Shown: one piece after another, positions 38,903-46,285 of the stretch | Position numbering within the stretch: position 1 is the first letter of the stretch | Layout: each line of letters opens with the position of its first letter | Source: a virus | Lineage: Duplodnaviria > Caudoviricetes | Direction: 5' to 3' (one strand) | IMG/VR virus record: IMGVR_UViG_3300020331_000002 | DNA: 64,000 nucleotides | Notes under the pieces: model-generated | Told to the model about the DNA's origin: nothing | Database searches by the model: none | The model's input: only the letters and a program-made list of their open reading frames with translations | Position numbers and translations under genes: made by a program

Positions 38903-39149
38903 CTATGATTTCCGGGATTTTACGTGAGCGCGTCCAGCGCCCGTGCTCTACTAGAACCCAATTACCAGGTTCTATATCAACAACGTCGTCACCAACAGCG
39001 AAGACGTGTGCCCAACGATTACGTACACCGTGCGCTTTACCATCATCATTAGCGATAATGATACTGCCCACCTTACGCTCGCCGTGGACTATTTTGTCTA
39101 CTAGCACTCTACCGGGTAGAGGTTTTACTATGGGATTCAAAGTTTTCAT
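38778..39149 (-). CDS. GroES/Cpn10-like co-chaperonin
   Basis: KPLPGRVLV..mobile loop GSIII..V.AVG..IEPG.WVL pattern of Cpn10. Confidence 0.75.
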   Translation of the reverse strand: MKTLNPIVKPLPGRVLVDKIVHGERKVGSIIIANDDGKAHGVRNRWAHVFAVGDDVVDIEPGNWVLVEHGRWTRSRKIPEIIDEETKEPLRVYMLEYPKSVIAVSDTYPGDESWGEFFESTPE

Positions 39150-39180
39150 ATTTTTATTCTTATTATTACTTTGTCTGTCT

Positions 39181-39208
39181 ATTTTACACTAAATTCATTT
39201 TTTATCAA
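39181..39208 (-). promoter_or_regulatory. Sigma70-type promoter for the groES-like gene
   Basis: TTGATA-N16-TAAAAT. Confidence 0.55.
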
Positions 39209-39222
39209 GATGAATTTGCGTT

Positions 39223-40044
39223 TTACCAAACATCAGTGTATGAGTGCCCTTTGATATTGTGAGTTTTGATATGCGATCGACGCGTAGAAACAAGGGTGCT
39301 CAACGGTACTTTGTCCTTTGCTACTATGTCATAGGTTAAGTGCCCGGCTAACAACAAGGAACCCAATTCCTCACGCGTCATGTAATCATCAGTTTCTTTG
39401 GCTTTTGCAGCACACAACACAAAGTCAGACTCACAATCATACACCAACTCATGGTAATCAAGACTATGTTCAAATACAGATATTTTAAGGATATCGTCTG
39501 TGTTCTCTTTGAACTCAACAACGATATTTTTATCACTGGCGCCTATGTTACCGACTGTGTCGAAATACATTGTGTGGCTGTGCAACACACACAAGATACA
39601 CTGGTTGTCCGAGTAAAGTGCCGCGGTGGGTATATCGAAGGTCATTGGATTCTCGTAAACCAATGTCTTGCCATGGCTTTTTAAGATAAAGTGACCCTGG
39701 GAATATATATCACGTGGCCTTCCACTTGCGGCTTCCTCACTATAAAGGATTTGACTTAATGTCTGCATCGAAGCTCGATCAGTTGCTTTGGCCATAGCCT
39801 TCGTCAGATCCCAAATCTGCCCGAATACTTTATCTATCATGTCGTTTTCGAAGATATGATTTTCATACCGCGCGTAACCGTGCAATTCAGAAAGTCGAAA
39901 TTCACACGAGCTAAAACCCGGCAAGTCTTGATGGCCATTATCGGATTGTTCGACTCTAATACGAACAGTCATATCAACAGGGTTTTTTATAGCCCTAAGC
40001 CGTAGTGTTCCTAGCTCTAGTGTATTTGGGTTAGTGGTTGCCAT
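39223..40044 (-). CDS. Hypothetical protein
   Basis: 273 aa; no motif recognised. Confidence 0.65.
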   Translation of the reverse strand: MATTNPNTLELGTLRLRAIKNPVDMTVRIRVEQSDNGHQDLPGFSSCEFRLSELHGYARYENHIFENDMIDKVFGQIWDLTKAMAKATDRASMQTLSQILYSEEAASGRPRDIYSQGHFILKSHGKTLVYENPMTFDIPTAALYSDNQCILCVLHSHTMYFDTVGNIGASDKNIVVEFKENTDDILKISVFEHSLDYHELVYDCESDFVLCAAKAKETDDYMTREELGSLLLAGHLTYDIVAKDKVPLSTLVSTRRSHIKTHNIKGHSYTDVW

Positions 40045-40054
40045 TCGGTGTCCC

Positions 40055-40513
40055 TTATACTTCTCTGTATATTACGCCAGTCTCGTGAAACATTTCAAGC
40101 GAAGCGCTATAGCCGTCAGAGTGTCTTGCAGCGTACCAGTTAGATCCTACACCACCGTTCTTGTCTACAATCACCTCGGCTATTTGTACCTGAATGATAG
40201 CACGGGCACAATCAGCGCACGGTGTGTGGGTGACGTAGATTCGACAACCAACAAGTGACTGGCCTTGGTTTTGATAAATAGCGTTCCGTTCCGCGTGCTC
40301 AAAATAAGATCGTTTAGTCGGGCGTTCATGACGTGCAGGTACATCATCATTTACGCCCCTAGGAAAGCCATTGTAACCAGCAGAAACCATCGTATTCCTG
40401 CTGTCTACAATTACACTACCTACCTGGGTACTCTCGTCTTTGGACCAAGTGGCTATTAGACGAGCAACGTCGATGAAGCGCTGGTCCCATTTCTCTTGTC
40501 TAGTAACGGTCAT
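40055..40513 (-). CDS. dCMP deaminase
   Basis: SKD..TQVG, GYNGFPRG, HAERNAI and PCADC zinc motifs. Confidence 0.92.
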   Translation of the reverse strand: MTVTRQEKWDQRFIDVARLIATWSKDESTQVGSVIVDSRNTMVSAGYNGFPRGVNDDVPARHERPTKRSYFEHAERNAIYQNQGQSLVGCRIYVTHTPCADCARAIIQVQIAEVIVDKNGGVGSNWYAARHSDGYSASLEMFHETGVIYREV

Positions 40514-40872
40514 TCTCCTACGATCTCGTCAGGCGCTTCGTCGCCGGAGTCAGCCTTTGGCTTTGATTTAGAACGTGATCTCGGCGCAGGTTTTTCTTCC
40601 GTTTTCTCTTCGGCTTTGGTCTCTTCAACCTTAGTCTTAATCTCCGCTTCGTCCGCATCTGGTTTAATGCTTACGTTTTTAACCGAGTTAGGAGATCGCG
40701 AGTAATACTCTTCCGACACTTGCTTGGCTGTTTTAATAATTTTGCCTTGGCTGTCGATAATATCACCGCGTGCGTTCATGGATGCGTTGCCTACGGCAGG
40801 TACAGTGTCATTACTGCGCATTAGTTGACCGAAATCAATATCACGGCCGCGTTTGGTTTTAACTTTCTTCAT
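40510..40872 (-). CDS. Conserved hypothetical phage protein
   Basis: 120 aa; AVGN..MNARGD core with a charged low-complexity tail. Confidence 0.65.
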   Translation of the reverse strand: MKKVKTKRGRDIDFGQLMRSNDTVPAVGNASMNARGDIIDSQGKIIKTAKQVSEEYYSRSPNSVKNVSIKPDADEAEIKTKVEETKAEEKTEEKPAPRSRSKSKPKADSGDEAPDEIVGE

Positions 40873-41419
40873 CGTTGTTCCCTAAGTCTTTTGCAAATTC
40901 TGCGAAATCTAGATCGTAAAGCATCGAATCTACATCATGTAGGCCTAACTTATACAGCAAGTAAGAACTAACACTTGATCCACGCCCTACTCCCCACGTT
41001 ACGTTTGAAACTTCACATACATAAAGTACGTAAAGCAAATATTTAAGAAGCGGTATCGAGTCGCACTCAAGGAAATAGTCATATTCCATTTTAATGCGTT
41101 CTTTTTCTTCGTCAGTTGTGCACAACCCGTATAAGTAATCAAGCAAATCAAGGTCAGCAAATTCAGGCGGTGTAAGCCATTCGGACTTACATCTTTCAAG
41201 GAATGGTAAAGTTTTTTCGTAGTCGTAATCAGGCGTGGTTATTGCCATCTTGTCGAACAAGTCGGCAGCTTCATGATACCGTTTGACTTCGTCTTCGTCG
41301 CTTACTACTACAACGTCAGTCGGTTTGACGCCTTCTAGAATCGCGTTCACTACGTCGGCTCGGTCGAATATTGGCCGAGCGAGAGCGTCTAGCTTTCTTA
41401 CTTTTGCGTTCATCTGCAC
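40859..41419 (-). CDS. Stand-alone fragment of DNA polymerase III alpha (DnaE) palm region
   Basis: GVGRGSSVSSYLLYKLGLHDVD..YDL.F matches DnaE GxGRGSxAGSLVAYxLxITxxDPxxxxLxFERF; ends before the catalytic PDxDxD. Confidence 0.8.
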   Translation of the reverse strand: MQMNAKVRKLDALARPIFDRADVVNAILEGVKPTDVVVVSDEDEVKRYHEAADLFDKMAITTPDYDYEKTLPFLERCKSEWLTPPEFADLDLLDYLYGLCTTDEEKERIKMEYDYFLECDSIPLLKYLLYVLYVCEVSNVTWGVGRGSSVSSYLLYKLGLHDVDSMLYDLDFAEFAKDLGNNDEES

Positions 41420-41609
41420 CGTTCATCTTATCTTCAATTTCTTTCTGTTGTTTTTCTTCCAGATCAGAAATAAGTACGTCAAGCTGGGCTAACATTTGAT
41501 GATAGCCCTTGCTCATCGCGTTGGCACGGCGCTGTCTCAAATGCATGAGTTTTTGCTGAGTATTCAGCTTATCCACATCTAGTTGATTTTCATCGCCGTT
41601 ACCGTTCAT
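41316..41609 (-). CDS. Hypothetical helical protein
   Basis: 97 aa; 3' end overlaps the dnaE fragment. Confidence 0.55.
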   Translation of the reverse strand: MNGNGDENQLDVDKLNTQQKLMHLRQRRANAMSKGYHQMLAQLDVLISDLEEKQQKEIEDKMNGADERKSKKARRSRSANIRPSRRSERDSRRRQTD

Positions 41610-41612
41610 TGA

Positions 41613-42062
41613 TTAGACATCCGTCTTAGTACGCTTTTCAGAACGATCCACGTCAAATCCTGTCGGGAATCGTGCTTCTAGTTTTGCTCGGTTAAGTTCC
41701 ATGAGTTCACTAGGTTTCATACCCAGCGCCATCACAGCCTGTACCCAGTAAAAGATAACATCACCGAGTTCTTTCTTGAGGTGGTCGGTGGTTTTCTCGT
41801 CAAGGTCCTTGCCTTGGAACAGCACTTTCTTCATGATATCAAGTGCTTCGCCTGATTCTGAAGAAAGGCCAATAACACCGGTCATTAGACGAGAAAGTGA
41901 TTCGTGCTCTTGTAAAGAGATTAAGCGATGGATAACTTTGAGAAGTTCATCGCTGTCTTTTGTAGGCAGCGATGACACCGAGTCTACAAATCTTGAGTAT
42001 TCGTGTATATCAAAGTTATCCGGAGTGCTTAGGTCAGTTTGTTTAATAGGAGTTGATGACAT
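41613..42062 (-). CDS. mazG: MazG-like NTP pyrophosphohydrolase
   Basis: GLSSESGEALD..KK, KELGDVIFY and N..KL..RFP motifs. Confidence 0.85.
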   Translation of the reverse strand: MSSTPIKQTDLSTPDNFDIHEYSRFVDSVSSLPTKDSDELLKVIHRLISLQEHESLSRLMTGVIGLSSESGEALDIMKKVLFQGKDLDEKTTDHLKKELGDVIFYWVQAVMALGMKPSELMELNRAKLEARFPTGFDVDRSEKRTKTDV

Positions 42063-42120
42063 CTTTATTATTATCCTTAGTGTGTCTTTAATGCGTATAT
42101 TTAATGTTGTACTAACTTAT

Positions 42121-42149
42121 ATGATACAAAAATGCATCACTTTTGTCAA
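42121..42149 (-). promoter_or_regulatory. Sigma70 promoter for mazG
   Basis: TTGACA-N17-TATCAT; a TAAATA motif also lies at 42098-42103. Confidence 0.8.
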
Positions 42150-42580
42150 TACTCGTTGTGTCTTTCGCTTCTTATAAACTGGAAAAGCATATCTAATGTC
42201 TTTTCTACTTTTTGCTCTACTCGAGCAATTTTCACATCGTTCGCATCATGTGAACGTTGAATTTCTTGACGCAATTGTGCCTGATAGTCGTTATTGTTTT
42301 CTCTAGTTTGATCAACACGACCGTTAAGCGCGTCAATCCTAGATACTAACTCATTATAATTGTTAACAGACCCCGTTTCTAATTTAGATAGGCGCTCTTT
42401 TAACTCTGTTAATGTACTATCGACATCCTTCTTATACTGCTCATTGAAATCGGATTTGCTCTGCAAGCTTTTTTCTTTGGACTGGTGTTTAACCAGCGTA
42501 ATTATTCCAATTACTACAGCTATAACCGAGCCAACTATTGCGATGCCTGCGCCGAGCGTTATAGTTGTTGGTTCTGCCAT
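42146..42580 (-). CDS. Single-pass membrane protein with a coiled-coil C-terminus (holin-like candidate)
   Basis: TM segment LGAGIAIVGSVIAVVIGIITLV followed by a hydrophilic heptad region. Confidence 0.45.
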   Translation of the reverse strand: MAEPTTITLGAGIAIVGSVIAVVIGIITLVKHQSKEKSLQSKSDFNEQYKKDVDSTLTELKERLSKLETGSVNNYNELVSRIDALNGRVDQTRENNNDYQAQLRQEIQRSHDANDVKIARVEQKVEKTLDMLFQFIRSERHNEY

Positions 42581-42587
42581 GACTACC

Positions 42588-43022
42588 TCACATAGACTTA
42601 ATTTTTGTTAACTCTTCCAACATCAGGTCGAGTTGATTTTTGCGTGATGTTCTTGCTTTTTGGAGGTATGTATGTGTTTTATCATATGCCCACTGTACCA
42701 ATTCCTTGGCGTATTTGGTGCACAACAAGTCAACGGGTAATAAACAATTCTTACTACGAGTTACTTTCAGTTCATCATTAGTAATATACGCCGCTGGTAC
42801 TCCTTTACTGTTAATCAGTGTCGCGTAATTACTAGTTACCATATCTTGATCGATTAAGATAACCGCGGTAATTACGCCATCCGCATAACGGAGCGCACGG
42901 TCAATATCATTAAAAGATACCACCGCTATTTCAGTGACAAACGATTCTAAATTTTGAACGACTTCTTCGTACTGAGTGACAATGATAACTTCTAATATAG
43001 GATGTTTTTCTGTAGATACCAT
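42588..43022 (-). CDS. Degenerate response-regulator receiver-like protein
   Basis: Receiver-like order of elements: VIIVT, ILIDQDM, VPAAYIT, LLP; lacks the acidic pair and the conserved Lys. Confidence 0.4.
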   Translation of the reverse strand: MVSTEKHPILEVIIVTQYEEVVQNLESFVTEIAVVSFNDIDRALRYADGVITAVILIDQDMVTSNYATLINSKGVPAAYITNDELKVTRSKNCLLPVDLLCTKYAKELVQWAYDKTHTYLQKARTSRKNQLDLMLEELTKIKSM

Positions 43023-43065
43023 ACTTAGTTTACCACGTTTTGTTTAACTTTATTTAGCTAAAGAC

Positions 43066-43094
43066 AAAGAAGCCGCTTTAAAAGCGGCTTCTTT
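43066..43094 (-). terminator. Intrinsic terminator after clpP
   Basis: AAAGAAGCCGCTTT/AAAGCGGCTTCTTT inverted repeat; TAAATA follows at 43051-43056. Confidence 0.8.
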
Positions 43095-43112
43095 CTTAAT
43101 GTTTGTGTACAG

Positions 43113-43679
43113 TTATTTTAAGTCGTTGATAGACTTGATTACCTCGTCAATCAAGCCATACTCCTTGGCTTCAGCTGCTGACATAAAATTGTCGCGGTCA
43201 GTATCAGCTTCAATCTTATCGAGCGGCTGTTTGGTGAAATCAGCGAGCATTCGGTTTAGTTTGTCTTTAATAGACAGAATCTCTTTGGCGTGTATTTCAA
43301 AGTCAGATGCTTGGCCTTGGAATCCACCTAAAGGCTGATGAATCATTACACGGCAATTAGGTAGCGCGTAACGGACATCGCCGGCTGCCAATAAGAACGA
43401 ACCCATCGAACAACACTGACCGGTGCCAACTGTAATAATACGAGAGTTCACAAACTTCATCGTATCATACATGGATAAGCCCGCAGTTACGGCGCCGCCT
43501 GGTGAATTAACGTATACGTAAATGTCAGCTTCCATCTTGGATTCAAGGTAAAGTATCTGAGCATTTACCGACTCAGCCATGTGATCATTTACAGGACCGT
43601 TAATTAGTACAATGCGGTCTTCCAAAAGTCGTGAAGCCAAGTCAACTACACGGTTATTCTCTATGATCATTGGAATCAT
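43113..43679 (-). CDS. clpP: ATP-dependent Clp protease proteolytic subunit ClpP
   Basis: SRLL.DRI, NSPGG, CCSMGS (Ser), MIHQP (His) and DRDNFMSA (Asp); catalytic triad intact. Confidence 0.95.
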   Translation of the reverse strand: MIPMIIENNRVVDLASRLLEDRIVLINGPVNDHMAESVNAQILYLESKMEADIYVYVNSPGGAVTAGLSMYDTMKFVNSRIITVGTGQCCSMGSFLLAAGDVRYALPNCRVMIHQPLGGFQGQASDFEIHAKEILSIKDKLNRMLADFTKQPLDKIEADTDRDNFMSAAEAKEYGLIDEVIKSINDLK

Positions 43680-43688
43680 ATATTTTCC

Positions 43689-44465
43689 TTATTGTGGTAA
43701 AACTTTGTCAATAGTAGCTAGTAAATCCGGATCAAACGCTAGCTTGTTTTCTGGATTAAGTGAATCCATATTCTCAATACACCATAACCAGTAATCAGCC
43801 GGAACTTCTGAGAACGGTTTGCCTTTGTGTTTTCCAAAAGGCACTGTTTGGTATATTGTCGGTTCTTGCGCGTACTGAACAACGTCGGCGAGCATATCAG
43901 GTCCGGGCTCTATGATACCGCGTACGAGCATCGTTTCTACCATGACCTCTAGTAATCTGGCAGTGAAATACGCATCGTGCGGGGCTCTGTGAAGCTGCAA
44001 ATTATCTAATTCAGGGCGGTCTTCCGACAGGTCGAAGTGATATCGCATGTCAGGCAAATTGTATGATTCCAACTCCGGGAACAACTTGCGGCCTAAACGT
44101 AGAGTACAGATAAACTGTTCTTCAGGGATATTTGCGCCATAAGCGTCCGATACAAGGAATTCATACTTTGCATTGTGTGCAACAATAAAACGATCTCTGA
44201 TAGAGTCAAAAAACTCGTTACGCTTGTATATGAACTCTTCGCGCCCTTCGAGCATACGCGGGGTAATCAAGCACACTGATTGGGTTTTAACAGGTAGGGC
44301 TCCTGCTACGTTGAATAGCTCGCCTTCCATTGACCACGTATTGCCATCAAAACTAGAAGTACCAGTTTCAATAACTTCGACATCGTACGGGTCCAACCCG
44401 GTGGTCTCATAGTCTATTACGACTAATGATTTATAGAAATTCTTAACAAATAAATTCATTGACAT
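43689..44465 (-). CDS. DEDDh 3'-5' exonuclease (DnaQ/ExoX-like) with a C-terminal PFGKHKG domain
   Basis: DYETTG (ExoI), VAHNAKYE (ExoII) and HRAPHDA (ExoIII). Confidence 0.88.
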   Translation of the reverse strand: MSMNLFVKNFYKSLVVIDYETTGLDPYDVEVIETGTSSFDGNTWSMEGELFNVAGALPVKTQSVCLITPRMLEGREEFIYKRNEFFDSIRDRFIVAHNAKYEFLVSDAYGANIPEEQFICTLRLGRKLFPELESYNLPDMRYHFDLSEDRPELDNLQLHRAPHDAYFTARLLEVMVETMLVRGIIEPGPDMLADVVQYAQEPTIYQTVPFGKHKGKPFSEVPADYWLWCIENMDSLNPENKLAFDPDLLATIDKVLPQ

Positions 44466-44692
44466 ATTCTCGTGTGTAGTCTAGATATATAGGACTCCGA
44501 CTTAGTAGACAATTCTTCGTAACTATAGCGCGGATTAAAAGGATCTTCAACGGCGTAGTAATCAACAATTTCTTGCACTTGTTGATCAAAACTATCTAGT
44601 TGGGTCAAGACATGGTGGTTTACCGACCCGCGGCCGAGGTCGTCAAATACGGTTAAGTCTAAGCGATCGTCAAACTCGATATCGTCGTCCAT
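44456..44692 (-). CDS. Hypothetical acidic protein
   Basis: 78 aa, downstream of a sigma70 promoter. Confidence 0.55.
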   Translation of the reverse strand: MDDDIEFDDRLDLTVFDDLGRGSVNHHVLTQLDSFDQQVQEIVDYYAVEDPFNPRYSYEELSTKSESYISRLHTRICQ

Positions 44693-44769
44693 AATATATA
44701 CTCTTTGTGTTTGTTATTATATCTAGCGCACATAATGATTATGTGTGAATTTTTTTAATCATTATGTGC

Positions 44770-44798
44770 AACATACACAAAAAGTGGTCAACGGTCAA
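44770..44798 (-). promoter_or_regulatory. Sigma70-type promoter for the exonuclease-clpP operon
   Basis: TTGACC-N17-TATGTT. Confidence 0.55.
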
Positions 44799-44816
44799 AC
44801 TGTTTTTAAAAACTTT

Positions 44817-45164
44817 TTAAAGTTTTTTACCTAGTGCTTCATTCTCCAAGCGCACAGCGCCAATCTCTTTTAAGACACTAAACGGATTAATACTGGATTC
44901 TATCATATCCATTATGCATTCTACTTCACTTGCCAAATCATTTACCGGAAAATCTCGATGACTCTCGTCCCAGTAAGCGTATATGTGTTCGGGTTTCATA
45001 TCCCTGAGTATTTCACTAAACTGGTCGTCTTGCATGGCAATGTTGAAGTTATTATACACGCCCGCATCTGCTATAAGGCGATTAGGTTCGTTTTCTTCGT
45101 GGCGTAACGAAATCAAAAGTACAGGTATATCTAGCGCTGATTTCAAGGTTGTTATTGTTGTCAT
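44817..45164 (-). CDS. Hypothetical protein
   Basis: 115 aa; GGA RBS. Confidence 0.6.
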   Translation of the reverse strand: MTTITTLKSALDIPVLLISLRHEENEPNRLIADAGVYNNFNIAMQDDQFSEILRDMKPEHIYAYWDESHRDFPVNDLASEVECIMDMIESSINPFSVLKEIGAVRLENEALGKKL

Positions 45165-45172
45165 TCTGTATC

Positions 45173-45511
45173 CTAGCTAATATTACTGACGTCAACACCA
45201 ATGGTAACTACAGTGTTGGTCTTCTCCGCAATTGCGGTATTCATCGCGTCTATGACTTTTTCCATGTCTGTCTCAGCCGTGCCATAATATGCGTTATAAA
45301 CTGAAAAATTCCAACCGTTGAGGTCTTGGCCTGCAAGGGCTACCGCTTCATTGAAAAGCTTCGGTGTGATATCCTTATAAGACTTAATTCGGTCAACTTT
45401 AAGATATTTAATGAGCCTTTCCATAGGTAGTATTAGAAACGTGCCAATTTCTCTGCCGGCGTCATCGCGTCCGTGGACTAGGCGACCAATGCTTTGTATG
45501 CTTGAGCTCAT
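45173..45511 (-). CDS. Hypothetical protein
   Basis: Start moved to MSSSIQ (45511) after GAGGAG. Confidence 0.6.
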   Translation of the reverse strand: MSSSIQSIGRLVHGRDDAGREIGTFLILPMERLIKYLKVDRIKSYKDITPKLFNEAVALAGQDLNGWNFSVYNAYYGTAETDMEKVIDAMNTAIAEKTNTVVTIGVDVSNIS

Positions 45512-45554
45512 ATAACTTCTCCTCATTATACAATAAGTATTTACGCCACAGATG

Positions 45555-45583
45555 AAAAAGCCAGCTAGTAAACTAACCGGCTT
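45555..45583 (-). terminator. Intrinsic terminator after clpS and the small peptide
   Basis: AAGCCGGTTAG-TTTA-CTAGCTGGCTT stem (two G-U pairs) plus a U tract. Confidence 0.75.
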
Positions 45584-45629
45584 CGCCTTAGTGTTTTACA
45601 CATGTTGACCCCAGTTTAGGGAGCCTGTA

Positions 45630-45752
45630 TTAAACAGCCAGAACGGCAAGTACAATAACAGTCGTCACGACTAGTAAAGTACCGTTCAATACAGCTTCTT
45701 CCCATCGTGATACCTGTGAAAAATTAAACTTATTCACAAGATTTTTAAGCAT
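45630..45752 (-). CDS. 40-aa predicted membrane peptide (below the ORF-track cutoff)
   Basis: Manual translation MLKNLVNKFNFSQVSRWEEAVLNGTLLVVTTVIVLAVLAV; TAATG-coupled to the clpS stop and followed by a terminator. Confidence 0.55.
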   Translation of the reverse strand: MLKNLVNKFNFSQVSRWEEAVLNGTLLVVTTVIVLAVLAV

Positions 45753-46063
45753 TATTCTTCCTCAATAGATACCTTTAATTTTGCCCCATTGAGTTTGTTG
45801 GCACTGTCAACTTCATTTACTTTAGTCTCAGCGATCTCGTAGGGGTAAGAGCCCACAACGCCGCGCTCACCGTTGTGCACAGTAAACATAAAGTTTATAG
45901 CTTTTTCTTGGCTGTAACCGAAAACGTTAACTAAGATGAATATGACATAGTCCATATGCGTTACTTCGTCATTATGCATGACTACCACTACGTCTTTAGG
46001 AATTTCAAAGTCTTCGTTAGTGTCGATATCGGTTCTTTGGATAGTATCTGTTTGTTGAGCCAT
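45752..46063 (-). CDS. clpS: ClpS N-degron adaptor
   Basis: VVMHNDEVTHMDYV..L..VF..A..MF.VH..G.GVVG.Y.YEIAETKV; ATG at 46063 after GAGG. Confidence 0.92.
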   Translation of the reverse strand: MAQQTDTIQRTDIDTNEDFEIPKDVVVVMHNDEVTHMDYVIFILVNVFGYSQEKAINFMFTVHNGERGVVGSYPYEIAETKVNEVDSANKLNGAKLKVSIEEE

Positions 46064-46142
46064 TGTTACCTCTTTAATAAGATTTTTTAACAATCTCTAC
46101 TACAAAACTGAGTAGAGCGTGATAGTTACATATCACGCTCTA

Positions 46143-46171
46143 ATTATACTGATTTCACCAAGCATTGTCTA
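46143..46171 (-). promoter_or_regulatory. Sigma70 promoter for clpS
   Basis: TAGACA-N17-TATAAT; a TAAATA motif lies further upstream at 46200-46205. Confidence 0.8.
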
Positions 46172-46285
46172 GACTTTACGATCACGTCGTTGCTATCTTT
46201 ATTTACGTAAATCAGTTACAGATTTGAGCATTTTTGTTTAAAATTAAAACTATATTTTCTAATACAGTGTATTAGGAAAACTTAT

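Noticed and set aside
40859-41419. Frameshifted or intron-split dnaE pseudogene
   Set aside because: The flanking ORFs are unrelated coupled genes and no PDxDxD continuation was seen in adjacent frames; treated as a stand-alone fragment
46255-46281. Terminator after 46286..47089
   Set aside because: The CTAATAC/GTATTAG stem is AT-rich with no U tract on the minus strand; too weak to call
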